DNA of 64,000 bases, taken from the NCBI GenBank assembly GCA_050273025.1, contig CP158635.1, forward strand, positions 28,830,001 through 28,894,000. The letters are read 5' to 3'. The notes under the pieces were generated by a model. The model was not told where the DNA came from. It saw only the letters and a list, made by a program, of their open reading frames with translations, and did not search any database. Shown here piece by piece: positions 49,251 to 61,000 of this stretch. The number at the start of each line of letters is the position of its first letter. Positions within the stretch are counted from its first letter, which is position 1. A program made the position numbers and the translations under genes. This DNA comes from Cenococcum geophilum (lineage: Eukaryota).

Positions 49251-51381
49251 AATAAGTAATAATATTAACTAAATTAATTAGACGGATATTACACCTTTAG
49301 TAAATAACTTAGAGATATTAAGGATCTTTAAGGACGAAGATAAAGAGGAGGGAGATAGTGTTATGGACGCTTTAAGTATAATGTTATAACTACTTAGAGA
49401 AGAGTTGGAAGAAGCTAGTTAGTTAATTTAGGTACAGTTTAGAATAGAACTAGTAGAGCTATATAATAAGGAATAGTAACTAAGGTTATATAATATAATC
49501 TATATAATTTATAGGATCTAGGTAATCTATAATAGAGTAGATAGAGTATACGTATATTACGTATAAGAAGGATTTTATAGGAGTACGGTTGTGTATTTAA
49601 GGACCCTTAGTCCCTACCTAGATAGTTCCTTCCTTATAGTAATTTTTAGAACATAATTAGAGTTAATCTATTAGGCAACCACTCCACTAGTTATTATTAC
49701 GTTATTGACTTTTGTACTTACATTTCCTACACACCTAGTCTATTAACGAGCCCATTGTAGTTCCTGCTATAAGGTTCCGTTACATACTGCTAATATCCAG
49801 AAAGACTATAACTCTATATACAAAAAATTCTTTAAGGAAGCTGCTTAGGCAGTTAAGAAAAAAAGATTTAATTACGTTATAGTAGAATTAAGGGACTATA
49901 ATAAGGATTGCTATAACTACCTTAAAGCTATTAAGCTTAAACAGTAGGCAAGGTCTTATTAACCAGCTAAATTTCTACGCTTTGGTAAGAGTACGAATAA
50001 AATAGTTAAATTAATTAAAAGTGAGCTTTTATTAGTACGAGATTTTCTACCCTTTTAACTACTCTATTGCCTTTAGAACTTAATAATAGAGAAGTTCTTT
50101 TAGCGGCTTTATAGTAGATATAACCTTTAGTTAATAGGAACTTAATATTATAATAAGCTCTTAAAGAACACTATTACCAAATTATACTCTTATATTATTA
50201 CTTAGTTAACATCTTTTAAGGGCTTTATCTATATGCCTAGTTTTAATAAAATATACCTTGTATATATTAAGGAAATAGAATATATATATAGCTTCTACTA
50301 GGACTACTAACTCGCCTGCATATACGCTATAGCCCTAGCCAACTTAACTAAAAAGGATATATAGGAGGATAGCTGCTAGTCCCTTAAGAACTTTCGCAAG
50401 ATATATAAAGCTCCCTTTTAGCCTATTAATCCACACAACTTATCTCTTGAAGATATAACGCCACTGATATTAAACTGGGCAGCTAAGCGGCCGAAAAAGA
50501 AGAGATTTAAGCGCCGTGATTATAGAGTAAAGCGATATAGCTACAGTTAGCAAAACTATTAAAATCCTCCTAACCCGTTTAGTAGCAGTAAAGAAAGTTC
50601 TATAAGTAATAGAGAGAGTAGTAAAAGTAGTTCTAAAAGGGTATTACTAAGCGAGATATTAAGCGAGATTATTATTGCTATATTATAGCCAGAAATAACT
50701 AGAGCTAAATACTCTATTACTTATTAAAGGCAGCGGCAGAAGCCTTCTAATACTCTAAAGAATATAATTAGAAGACTAAATAAGTAAGCTTGTTAATAAG
50801 TTGTCTAGGCCTACATAAATGCTATACACTAATTTAAGGCTAAGGATGCAGAGTTTCGTTAATAATTAGCTAAGAAATTTGGTAAGGGCCAACCTTTAGA
50901 GGACGATCCTACCTTTAACATTAACTTATATTACTAACTCGTGTTTAACAAGCTGCTAAATAGCATAAAGTAGATAATACTAGAGCGACGGTAATAGTAA
51001 TGTACTAAAAGGCAACGTTAAGAGTAATAGATTGCCCACTATATTAAATTATAACTATATAGATAAGGAGCAGAGAGAAACTTACTAGTAGGTAAATGCT
51101 TATTTACTGCACTATTTATACTATTACTAATAAGATCTACTAATTAACCATCCTTACTGCTAACTAAGTTTAAATAAACGCCTACTCCTCCTATATCTAA
51201 ACGACCCTTACTACTTCCTAAGTTTAAATAAACGCTAACTCTATCTACTAATTTACTAGTAAGGAACGGCCCTACTACTTTACCTACGCTACTAAGCCCG
51301 CCGCATCGTTTAATTGGCCTAAAAAGGCTAGGGGGTAGTATACCTATAGTTCTACTAAAGCGCCAAAGACGTTTAAGACGA

Positions 51382-51532
51382 TAGGTAGAGTAGGTGGATT
51401 TAGAATTAAAAGTAGGTGGAGTAGGTAGATACTAATTTAAGGGTAGGTAGAGTAGGTAAATACTAATTTAAGAGTAGGTAGAGTAGGTAAATACTAATTT
51501 AAAAGTAGGTAGAGTAAGTGGATACTAATTTA
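51382..51532 (+). repeat. 31-bp tandem repeat x5 directly after the MULE transposase stop
   Basis: TAGGT(A/G)GAGTAGGT(A/G)(A/G)ATACTAATTTAA(A/G)(A/G)G units start at 51382, 51413, 51444, 51475 and 51506. Confidence 0.92.
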
Positions 51533-52730
51533 TACCTAGGTAGTTCTTAAACCTTATATATACTTTATTTTCTAACGCTTTACCTTATTAGGTAATTATA
51601 TACTAGCTTAGAGTTAACTAGAGATATAGCTATTTAACTACGTTTAGTAACTCTAGTAAATATAACCGTTCCCAACTAATAGTGCTTATTTATAATCTAC
51701 TACTTTACTTTATTAAAGCTGTTACCTTATACTATGCTTAATATATATATAAAAGAGTCCTCTATAACTTAATTAGGCTCTACTACTAATATTAATAATA
51801 TTAGTAGGGGGTAGTTAGATTACGTTCCCTAACGAGATTTTAGATTTTTAGCGATTGCGATCTAAAATCTAAACTTATAAATATAGGGCGTCTCTATCAC
51901 TATAGTGGCTACTATAGTAACGGAGATACTCTAAGTAGTTGGTCTACTGTAGCCTAAAATCTTAATTGTTAGGAATTTGGGGTGTCTCTACCACTGCAGT
52001 AGTAGAGGCACCCTAAGTTTAATACTACGCCAAAGTATTATGACTTTCCTGCAGTAACCAAGCAACTCTAAATCTTATTAGGCTAGCTCTAAATTAAAGC
52101 AATTATAGAACTTACTATGCCACTACACCGCAAGGACTTTTAGTTATAATTTTATAAATTTAATTAAAATATAAGCCCCTTCCTAAATTTCAATATATAA
52201 TATTATGCTAAGGATTACGATATAGATTATAAGTTTATTTATTATAGAGTCCGCCTTACTTAAAATTAAGCTTATTCTAATTAGGGAAACCCTACACTCT
52301 ATTATTTTACTACTACATAAAGGGTAAGGCTATTAAGCCTCAATTGGCAGGAGGTGGATTCTGTTTATAGGAGGTGGATATTGAAATAAATAAAACTTTA
52401 GAGGTGGATTTTGTATTAACCCCTTATTGAAAAGGCAATGCAAACTTCGTCACGCGTGGTGGAGAGAAGGCTTAGGCATGGAAAACAAACACTGGAACAG
52501 CTTTCATGAACCACAGAACTTCAAGGAGATATGAAGTCGTACAGCGCTAGATTAACTTTCCAAGCAAGCCTATATAAAGTTTAAAAGCACTCCCTTAAAG
52601 ATGCTCTATCGGGTCAGTCGGTTCGAGTCAGCCCTCTCTGCCACATTAAGCCTACACTCGTAGGCACTGCTTTTCTAACATCTTTCCAAAACCTCAGCCA
52701 ATATTTTCTCAGAGGTTCTAGGCTGCTCTG

Positions 52731-54587
52731 TTAATTCTCTGCAACTGGCATTGGATACTTCGTCCTCCACTCCTTACCCCAAAGCTGCACCGCTACAATG
52801 CTCGCAAAGCTCGCCGCTAGAATCGCTGCCTGGATTCCAAAACTCGTCCCCGCCCCATTCCTCGCGACCCACTTAATCTGAAAATACACTACGCAAAAGC
52901 CGCCTGTCGTGCGCCACATATTTATTAAGCCCGCCGCAATCGCTGAATGCTTCGGACAGGTATCTAAGCAGTACGCCGAGATGGCAACCGTCGCACTCAC
53001 CTGTCCAATTGTATACAGCACCCAAGCCACAGCGAGGACAGCCCAATGTAATTTGTGCGCAAGGGCTTGGCCGAACAAAATAAGAGCGATAGGACCCAAG
53101 ATGAAGCCAACGTAGCAGCCCCAGAGGCGGTTTTCGGGGCGGTAGGAGCCACCGTTACGGCGGATGTAGCGGTTGGCATTAAAATCATTAAACCAATGGC
53201 CCCAGATCTCACCAATTACGGCACCAATGCTGGGAGCAATATAAAGAAGTCCGATTTGTACTGAAGTGAAGAGATAGGGAGCAGGAGACAGGAATTGGGG
53301 AATTGTGGTTACGATGCCAATGACCCACATAAAGAGTATCATCGTGGAGCCGGCGGCTGGGAGAAGTATTAGCGGATTATTGAATAGAAGAAACGTATAG
53401 AGGAACAACCCACTGGTGAGGAGGATGTGTGGCTTGATTTGGATTATGGCAATGTGCCAGAGGACTGAGGCGAGGGTTGGACGTCCAGTTTGCCTTGCGC
53501 CATGCACACCGGTCAAGAGCGAGACCTTCCCTAAGATTCCTTTCTTTGGTCTACCCTCAGTCTGCGTGCGGTCGAACAGAGTTTCATCGCCGAATAAAAT
53601 GACGAGAAGTAAAGATAGACCGTACATCGAAGCTAAGATACCAAAGTCCGGACGCCAAGCTAACTTAGAAAGGATCAAAGACGACATAAAAGCGCCCAAA
53701 AATGGGCCGATAAGGACACAGAACGCCCAGATATTGATCATTCGCGTGCGCTCGTGGAAGAAAAATACATCGTGAACAATGGTCAGGCCGATAACTTGTG
53801 GGGCAGTGTTAAAAAAACCTTGAAGTGTACGAAAGGCCGTGAAGGAAGCGTAACTAGGTGCGAGGGATGCACCGATGACCATGGCACAAGCTAGAAATTG
53901 GGACCAAAAGAGTACAGGAAGACTGTGAGCTGTTAGGATTGGGTCTATGGATGGGTGCTAGCCTTAGCGGTAAGTATTCTAGAATTTTTCTTGATATGAA
54001 GATTTAGAGAGAGACTGAAGCTTGTAAATGACCTACCGACCATATCGTGTGGTGAACGGAACTGCCAGTAGGCCTCCAGGGCCTTGCATAAATATGCCCC
54101 CGCTAACAGATTTTGCAACAGCAGGTACACTCATACGCCAAGTAATAGATTGTTGCGTGAATGCCACGACACCTGCGTATTCAATTAAAATCAATCCCTC
54201 TAGTGTATCAGAAACAAAAATTACAGACCAAACGTCATCCCAAAGTCAGTCAAGAAAGAAGGCATAATCAATGAAGCAAAGAGCAGACTTTTCTTGGTCC
54301 ACGTCCAGTTCAGCGGATCATCGGGGTCACCTGCGCACAGGTCAGTTTTTCAGGGGAGTTCTGCTATATCCCTATCTTTATGAAGCAATTGAAACTCTCT
54401 CCGACTGACCAGACGGTTGAGGAATCAGAATAATCTTGCCGTCCTTTGTTGTCTTGACATTGCCATCAACGCTCTCCGCGAATACCTTGATATCGCTACC
54501 TTTTCCCTCAGAGATTTCCACATCGATAATATCTACTGCGGGGTCTGGAAATGCCAGCTCTTGGCTATCGACACCATTCTTCAACAT
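52731..54587 (-). CDS. MFS transporter (DHA1/HOL1-like), 516 aa; exons 54587-54410, 54330-54229, 54172-54037, 53922-53414, 53356-52731
   Basis: Four GT-AG introns; exons sum to 1551 nt in one frame. Motifs LIPQPSGDPDDPLNW, RYGRLPV, FRTLQGFF, DVFFFHER, PENRLW and many hydrophobic segments; no RIP signature. Confidence 0.93.
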
Positions 54588-54779
54588 CGTTAAAGGCTTA
54601 AAGCGACAACCTTCTACTTCGGCTGCGATATAGAGAATCTGTGCGGGGCAAAAAATATGCTGTACATTAAATAAATTGGGACAAAGCGGAGAGCTAGATA
54701 TTCTCTTATCTAGTGCGGCGGTACGTAGGTGTTCAAGTACGGAGACCAAAGAGACCACACTGTGCAGCGTTTAGCAAGG

Positions 54780-54787
54780 TATATAAG
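54780..54787 (-). promoter_or_regulatory. Possible TATA element ~195 bp upstream of the MFS ATG
   Basis: TTATATA on the minus strand; supported by position only. Confidence 0.25.
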
Positions 54788-55649
54788 CAAAAATGTCTAT
54801 CAAAAATATCTCAAGGCAGATTTCATTGGTTAGAGCGGTAGTACAGCATCGGAGACATGCAATGCAAAAGGAAAGCTTGACTGAGCGTTTTAGGAATCAA
54901 TGCCCATGAAGCTAGCGCCTCATTTACGATGCCTCGGCTGGATCCCATCATGCATCCAAGGGTTTCGATATGATCTGGCCTTGTGAGATGGTCTTATCCC
55001 CATCCTAGTTGCGCTGGGGTGTCGAAAGAGAATGGAGCGATTAGACACGGGCTAGAGAGGGCCCCAAGCCTATGGGACGCACCGGGCTGCTGTCGTCGTC
55101 AGATTAAATGTGGATTTAGTGTTAAGATGCTAACAGCAGGGTACTTAAGGATTTGACCTATTTTCAAGTCAGATTTGCCCATCCCCACTTAAGAACCCTA
55201 CCCGATAACCTTTGCGAAATAGGCAAAGCATTAGCTTGATCGCGCCAAGACAATATTTAAGGGCCACACCCCTAAATGATACGCGTACACTCTAATTAAT
55301 ACACGCACACCCTTACCTAAACAGGCTTAGATCCTTCCTCTTCGGGCTAAAACGTCACGTTTGTCCGTGCGCAACTGTCGCGCGCCCATACCAATGACAA
55401 GGTTGGCATGGAATACAGTCTGTACAGGTTCCAGGTCCCCTCCCCCCATGCGCGCGCGACGCACACCTAATTTCGCTACGTCTGCAGCTAAATTAGTAGC
55501 AAGAAGGGTCAGGGCTTGAGCCACGGCCCACATCGAATTTGGAGCTCGGATTTGAAGCTATTCTAAACTTCTCTCTCTCCAAAAGTCGTAATATTTGCTC
55601 CAAACGTCCTGCTGCCTCTATAGGTAGTCCCTCCGGCCGCCCACCCACG

Positions 55650-56987
55650 GGTTCTCCCCAAGAACGGCTTTTTTAAAGGTTAGGTTTACCCTATATTACT
55701 ACTAAAGTACCTACGCTTTTAATAACCCCCCGGCTTCCTACTAAAAAAGGTCTAGTTCTTTACTATATCTTTAGTATTTAAAACTACTTATTTAAAATCC
55801 GTATATATAGTAATCCGCAATAGGGCTCCTACGCGCTTTATTTTATTATAAATTACTAGCTTAATTCTAGCCTAGATAAACTCAATCTTCTCCTTCTTAT
55901 AAATACTACCATCCTTATTTTTAAAGGGCTCTAAATCTATTTATTAAGTATAAGTTTCTACAAAGTTTATAAACTAGCGGAAGTTATAACGGTTAAGCTA
56001 TATCCTATTTTAAAATAGCTCTATATTATTATATTATATAATATATAGATCTTAAGTCCATTTCTTTAGGAAGGGTTACAGCTATAGCCACATAGTAATT
56101 TGCCCCTTATTAAACTAATTAAGTGTAATCTAGTTTAGTAATTAGTCTTTAATCTTACTAATAATCCAGCGTATACGCTCTTTGGTATTATCTCGTATTA
56201 TTAGTATCTTAAAGAAGTTATCTACCTTATAAACCCAATCGTTTAACTACTAGGCGTTAGGTTTATAGCAGAGTTCTAAACTACTAAAGGCCTTAGCCAG
56301 TTAGTCTATATCCTTTTTCTATTTATAGTATAAATAGCTCTCTAAGTCTTCTACACCTCCTTAAATAGGTACTAGATAGCTTCTAAAAAGCCCTTAGCCT
56401 TAACCAGGTTATAAAAGAATTTATTTAGCTTAAATTAAACCTTACTAGATATAGATTTGCCCTTAAAGGGTTTTAATATATTTATTAATAGCTTCTAAGA
56501 GCCTTATAACAGCTTCCCAATATTTATCTTAAAGAAAATTAGTATAGGGCTCTTAACCTTTTAAACTTGGGCCTAGGGAAGCTTCTACTATAGAGGTAGT
56601 ATTAATACTAGTAGCTAATATAGGCTTCCCAATAAGGCTTAGGTCTTAAGTTAGTAGTTAGTTTAGATTACCTAAAGGGGTAGGTCTACTTAGCTTATAA
56701 GCAGTCTATATACCGCCACTATACTAATTATAGGCCAGTAGTCTTCCGGGAGGGTTTTGGTTAGTTCCCTAGTTAAACGCATTAGTATATTCCTCTAGCA
56801 TTTTTAGCTTAAAGGAAGATCTTAAAATCGCCTCTAGCGCTTAATCTTCTAATTAGCCTAGGTAGGGCTAAAGGGGCTCTAGTTATTTTCTAGTAGCGTT
56901 ATAATTGTTATAAAGGGTGTTTACGTTTTTCTTAGCGGTAACTATAGGTATATAAGAGTCTTTAAGCTCCTAGAGTATCTAGGTATT
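55650..56987 (-). mobile_element. Second copy of the G2-family gag region, cut by G5
   Basis: Colinear with 27638-29169 minus the solo LTR. Confidence 0.92.
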
Positions 56988-58067
56988 TATTAGCGACTTA
57001 GTTAATTAAGATATAAGCATAGTAAAAGGGTCGCGCAAGCCTATATAATTGGATTGTTTATAAACGAGAATCTAAAGCTAGGGAAAGGAAAGAAGAAGAA
57101 GAGTAGCGCCGTTCGGTATTTTATAAGATCTTTGCGTTACATAATCGCAATATGCGGCAATCTATGGCAATCTGTGGTGACTTGCCGGTGTAAAGTTCTG
57201 CTAAGTTCTGCCAGTTCTGCCAGTTTTGTAACATTACCCCCCTCTCCAAAAAAGCCTGCCCTTAGGCTTTTGTCGCTAAAAGTCTTAGCAAGAGAATCTG
57301 ACCAATTAGACAACTTTAACCGCTAGTTAAAGTTCCTAGATATCTTAATACCTTACATAACTAAGAAATTTCTAGGGCGTTTTTGTCCTTATATTCTTTT
57401 AGTAGCTTATTATCTTTGTTATACTAGCATTCTATCTACTTGTCTAAGTACTTTAGCAGTCTAGGTTTATTAGAGTAACAGCTATAGAACTTTTAGAGCT
57501 TATAGGGACTACCTATAAAGTTCTATATAGGGTACTAAGTAGGGTCTAAGTTATATCCTTTCTAACTAACACGATACTTTAACGTTCCCTTTATAAGTTT
57601 ATAGGCCAGCATTTCTTTAATTTCCTATTTATTATCGCTATTAGCTTAAATTAGTAAGGGAGGTTTATTCTTTTATCTAGGTAGTAAGTTATTTATAGCT
57701 TTTTGTAGCTTATCTAGTAAAAAGATAGGGTAAACTTTAATTAAGTCTAGGAGCTTAACCTTATATAAGTTGCCTACTTTATTAAAAATCTTATACAGTC
57801 CTACTATCTTATAGTCTAGCTTATGGCTAGGCCGTTCTATTTTTTAGTTTTTTATTATAACCTAGACCATATCGCCTACAGTAAAGTTAAGCTCACGCCT
57901 ATACTTATTCGCCTACTATTCTATTAATTTCTAGGCCTTTTTTAGGTTTATATAGGCTACTTTCTAGGCTTCTTTTAAGCGCTTAGTATATTACTAGGCT
58001 TCCTTATAAGATAGTTTTTCATATACAGTCTAGGGCCCTTCTAGTATTTCCTAGTTAAAGCTTATAC
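56988..58067 (-). mobile_element. Ty3/Gypsy G5 3' end (3' LTR 56988-57233, integrase C-terminus and chromodomain), cut by G6
   Basis: T(A/G)TTA...TAACA LTR ends; PPT GGAGAGGGGGG on the minus strand; de-RIP QANKHRREPDF.VGD.VW and LKYRV.W.G.D.DP.W. Confidence 0.88.
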
Positions 58068-61000
58068 TATAGTGGTGTGATTTGGGCCCTAGATTTAACA
58101 TCTAGATTAGGTATAGCTTTAGGAGAGCCTAGGCCTTCTATAAGTTATATAGATCGGTTTAGAGCCCTTAAAGTCTTTAACAACTTGGGCGAGACTAATA
58201 GATATATAATTTTCCTTTAATACACTCTTTTCTTTCTCTTCTTACTGCTTAATTCTGACTAATAGTGACCGACTAACCGACCGACCAACTGATAGATAGA
58301 CTGACAGCACCATAACTTTCCTATCTTAGAGAGGTCGTACCCTCCTACATATTTTATAGCATTCTATATAGGCACGATAGCAAGCTCTTTAGATTAGAAG
58401 TCTAGTGCTCTATACACAGGAGATATATAGGAACGATCTAGAACTGCGATAGAACGACTAAAACAAAAAAAGCACGGGCATATTAGCAACCTATGCGCAG
58501 CCACCGCTATAAAAAATAAACCAACAACACTTACTAAGCTCTCTATGCGGGAATAGTGGTCGGCAAGCAGCGATAAGAAGGCTAGTACGTAGCATAGTAA
58601 GAAGAAGGATAAAAGGAAGGACTATAGTACACCAGAAACGGCAGAGAAAAGTCTTTTACATTTTATTTACTATATTTATAATGGTTTATACTATTATTCT
58701 CATATTTATCGGAGCTACCTTTAAATTTATAACAATAGCGATAGTACTAGTAAAGGAATTATTAGGAATGTTAGGCCCATTTTATAACAACGGTGAGGGT
58801 GCTAAAAAGGAAGAGGAAGGTAAGTAGCCTATTAAACTATAAAGCTCTCCTAAACTAGGGCATGTAATACTAACCCCAACTCCCGTAATATTAGGAACTA
58901 ATAACCCTTAATAGACAGAGGATAAGGGTTATAAGGTCCACCTACCTATCCCTAGAGAAACTATAGGTCTACTATCTCCTACTAAACTACTAATAGAACG
59001 AGATAAGGTATATATTATAGCCTAGCCTATACCGGCTCCGGGAACCCCTAGGACCCCTTACTTTATAAAACAAAACGTGTCGCAATTTATTAAATAGTAT
59101 AAGCGGTTATGCATCTGGCACTATATTATGGATAACAAGAAGTATTAAGAACTTCCAGAGTATTATAACTATTAGATAGGGACATGGATCTGGGGTCTGC
59201 CTAAGTTTACTATTGGTAACTAGATAGAACTTATAAGAAAGCTTAGGATAGACTACTAAGGAAGTAACTACTTTTAATAAGTTGAAACGGTAGAATTTTT
59301 AAAAGCTTATATACTGTAGTATAGGAATAGTCCACCTAGCAGTATACGCGAATACTGTAGGTAGTTTATGTTAATCTCCTAGAAGGTTACTAAGGCTGGT
59401 AATTTAAAAAACCGCGAACAAGGGTACTGGTTCGTAAGAGGACTCCTATTTAAATACTAAAGATATATAATAACTAAAATAGGAACCGACCCCGATAGGC
59501 GAGAGTCTTTTAACTTCCACCTGCTAAGGAGAGCTGTAGAAGACAGGCTTAATTCGCATAAAGGCGCTAATTAGTTATTAATAATAAATCCTAAGGAATA
59601 AGGCCTTTATTAGCTAGTTAGACAATTCTATAATTAGCAACTAGCTATAATAAACTAAAGAGATACTACCCTTTAACTACCTATAGTCTCTTAGCTAAGC
59701 GAGTCAGTAAATACTCGTTAAATAACTTAGAAAACAGACCCTAAACTAGAGAAACTCACTAATTAACTCTAGAAGCTTAATCTTAGGATAGTTAAATTAG
59801 TAGGCATTATATCTTTAATACCGTTCCTAGACAGGATTCGCTAAAATCTAATACGGTACACACAGCTCCTAAATAGGGCGTTAATGCGTTAAGAATAAAT
59901 AAACCTGTAACTAGCACTAGGTAATAACAGACCGCAGCCGCCCTATAAGGGAGCGCTATAAGAACGATATAAGCTGGGCCTAGAAAGATATAGAGGGCTA
60001 GGGAACTTTAGCGTATACTAGATATAAAATTAGACGTATTATAGATACGGGGGCGCCTAGTATTTTATCAATTAGTGTCCAAAGCTTAAAGAGTTAGTTT
60101 GTTATAGTTTCCTATATATAAACGAAAATAACTAAATATACGCTAGAATATGTAAGCGCTTAGGAAATATAATTCCGTATTTACTAAATGATAATTAGAT
60201 CTAGTTCCTTAAAGACTAGCTAAGGTAGAACGCGAATATTAATCCTAATACGCTAGCGACAGGTATTTAACTAAAGGTAGTTTCTATGGAGCTTATAAAA
60301 GGTAGTAATGCTAAAAGTAAAGAGGAACTTAGTAAGTCCTAGGAAGATATATACTAAGTAGAGTCGATATATATTAATTTAGTAGGGGCCACAACCTAGT
60401 TATAGCCTACGCTACGGGTATATAATCTTAGGAAACTATAAGGGGAAGTAAGGGTAATAAAACAGCCTCTAAAACCATCTAGTCCGTAACTAGCAACAGT
60501 TTAAAATATACAACCAAGAGGATATATCTAAATTACACTACGGCCCTAGCAGCAGGCTCCTCTACTACCATTAAGTAGTAATAGGGGTAATGAAATAAAT
60601 TACACTAAATAGCTAAAATAGATAGAGTAAATGGCGGATATAATAATAATAGTTAAAGTATTATAACTAAAGCTAGTTAGGATAATAGACATACTAAAAG
60701 AAAATGTCCTAAGCCTAACCGTAATAGCGGACAAGATCTTATTAAAAACTATTAAAGTTACTATTAGTAACTGCCTTATATATATGCCTAAAGTCATAAG
60801 GCTATTCTTTAAGCCTCTTTTACTACCCATTACGGAGCCTTACTAATAGAAGTAGGAGGACATTAAGGCATCTATATTGTCAGCATACCTAATATTCTAT
60901 ACTAACTAAGCCGGCTTAATAACTACCGACGTAAACCAGATTAAATAAGAAACAAAATTTATCTAATTTTAAAGGCGGTGCCTAAAGGTAGAAGCGCAGA

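Larger units (their letters stand above)
35851..49784 (+). mobile_element. Complete Ty3/Gypsy chromovirus G4; 5' LTR split (35851-35923 + 41914-42267), 3' LTR 49359-49784
   Basis: TSD TACTG and TGTTA...TTACA LTR ends. Gag ATG 42311, CCHC ~43316-57, PR ALIDSGA ~45352, RT YLDD ~46318, RH, IN, chromodomain YKVKW.GY ~48515. Confidence 0.95.
34812..51384 (+). pseudogene. MULE (MuDR-like) transposase split by G4 (parts 34812-35850 and 49790-51384)
   Basis: De-RIP C..CPF..HTC N-terminal zinc motif, DDE core LDSTHTK..LFIMAAKD..ILPIAWALV, SWIM CxC..Q..LAC.HAIA (~50281), basic RPKKKRFKR. Confidence 0.9.
33045..52423 (+). mobile_element. Mutator-like element (MULE), ~5.4 kb of own sequence plus 13.9 kb of nested Gypsy elements
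   Basis: TIRs GGGGTTTATACAAAATCCACCTCTAAAG... (33045-33119) and ...CTTTAGAGGTGGATTTTGTATTAACCCC (52329-52423); 9-bp TSD TTATTAAAA/TTATTGAAA. Confidence 0.95.

Noticed and set aside
52909..54758. Short ORFs overlapping the MFS gene, and the upstream-extended start at 54758
   Set aside because: Antisense or alternate-frame shadows of a real CDS. The 54758 start is GTG; ATG 54587 gives a normal N-terminus.
55327..55533. 68-aa minus-strand ORF upstream of the MFS gene
   Set aside because: Short, with no recognisable motif or splice structure.
33045..55650. Starship or other cargo element carrying the MFS gene
   Set aside because: No tyrosine-recombinase captain is visible, and the MFS gene lies outside the MULE TIR/TSD.
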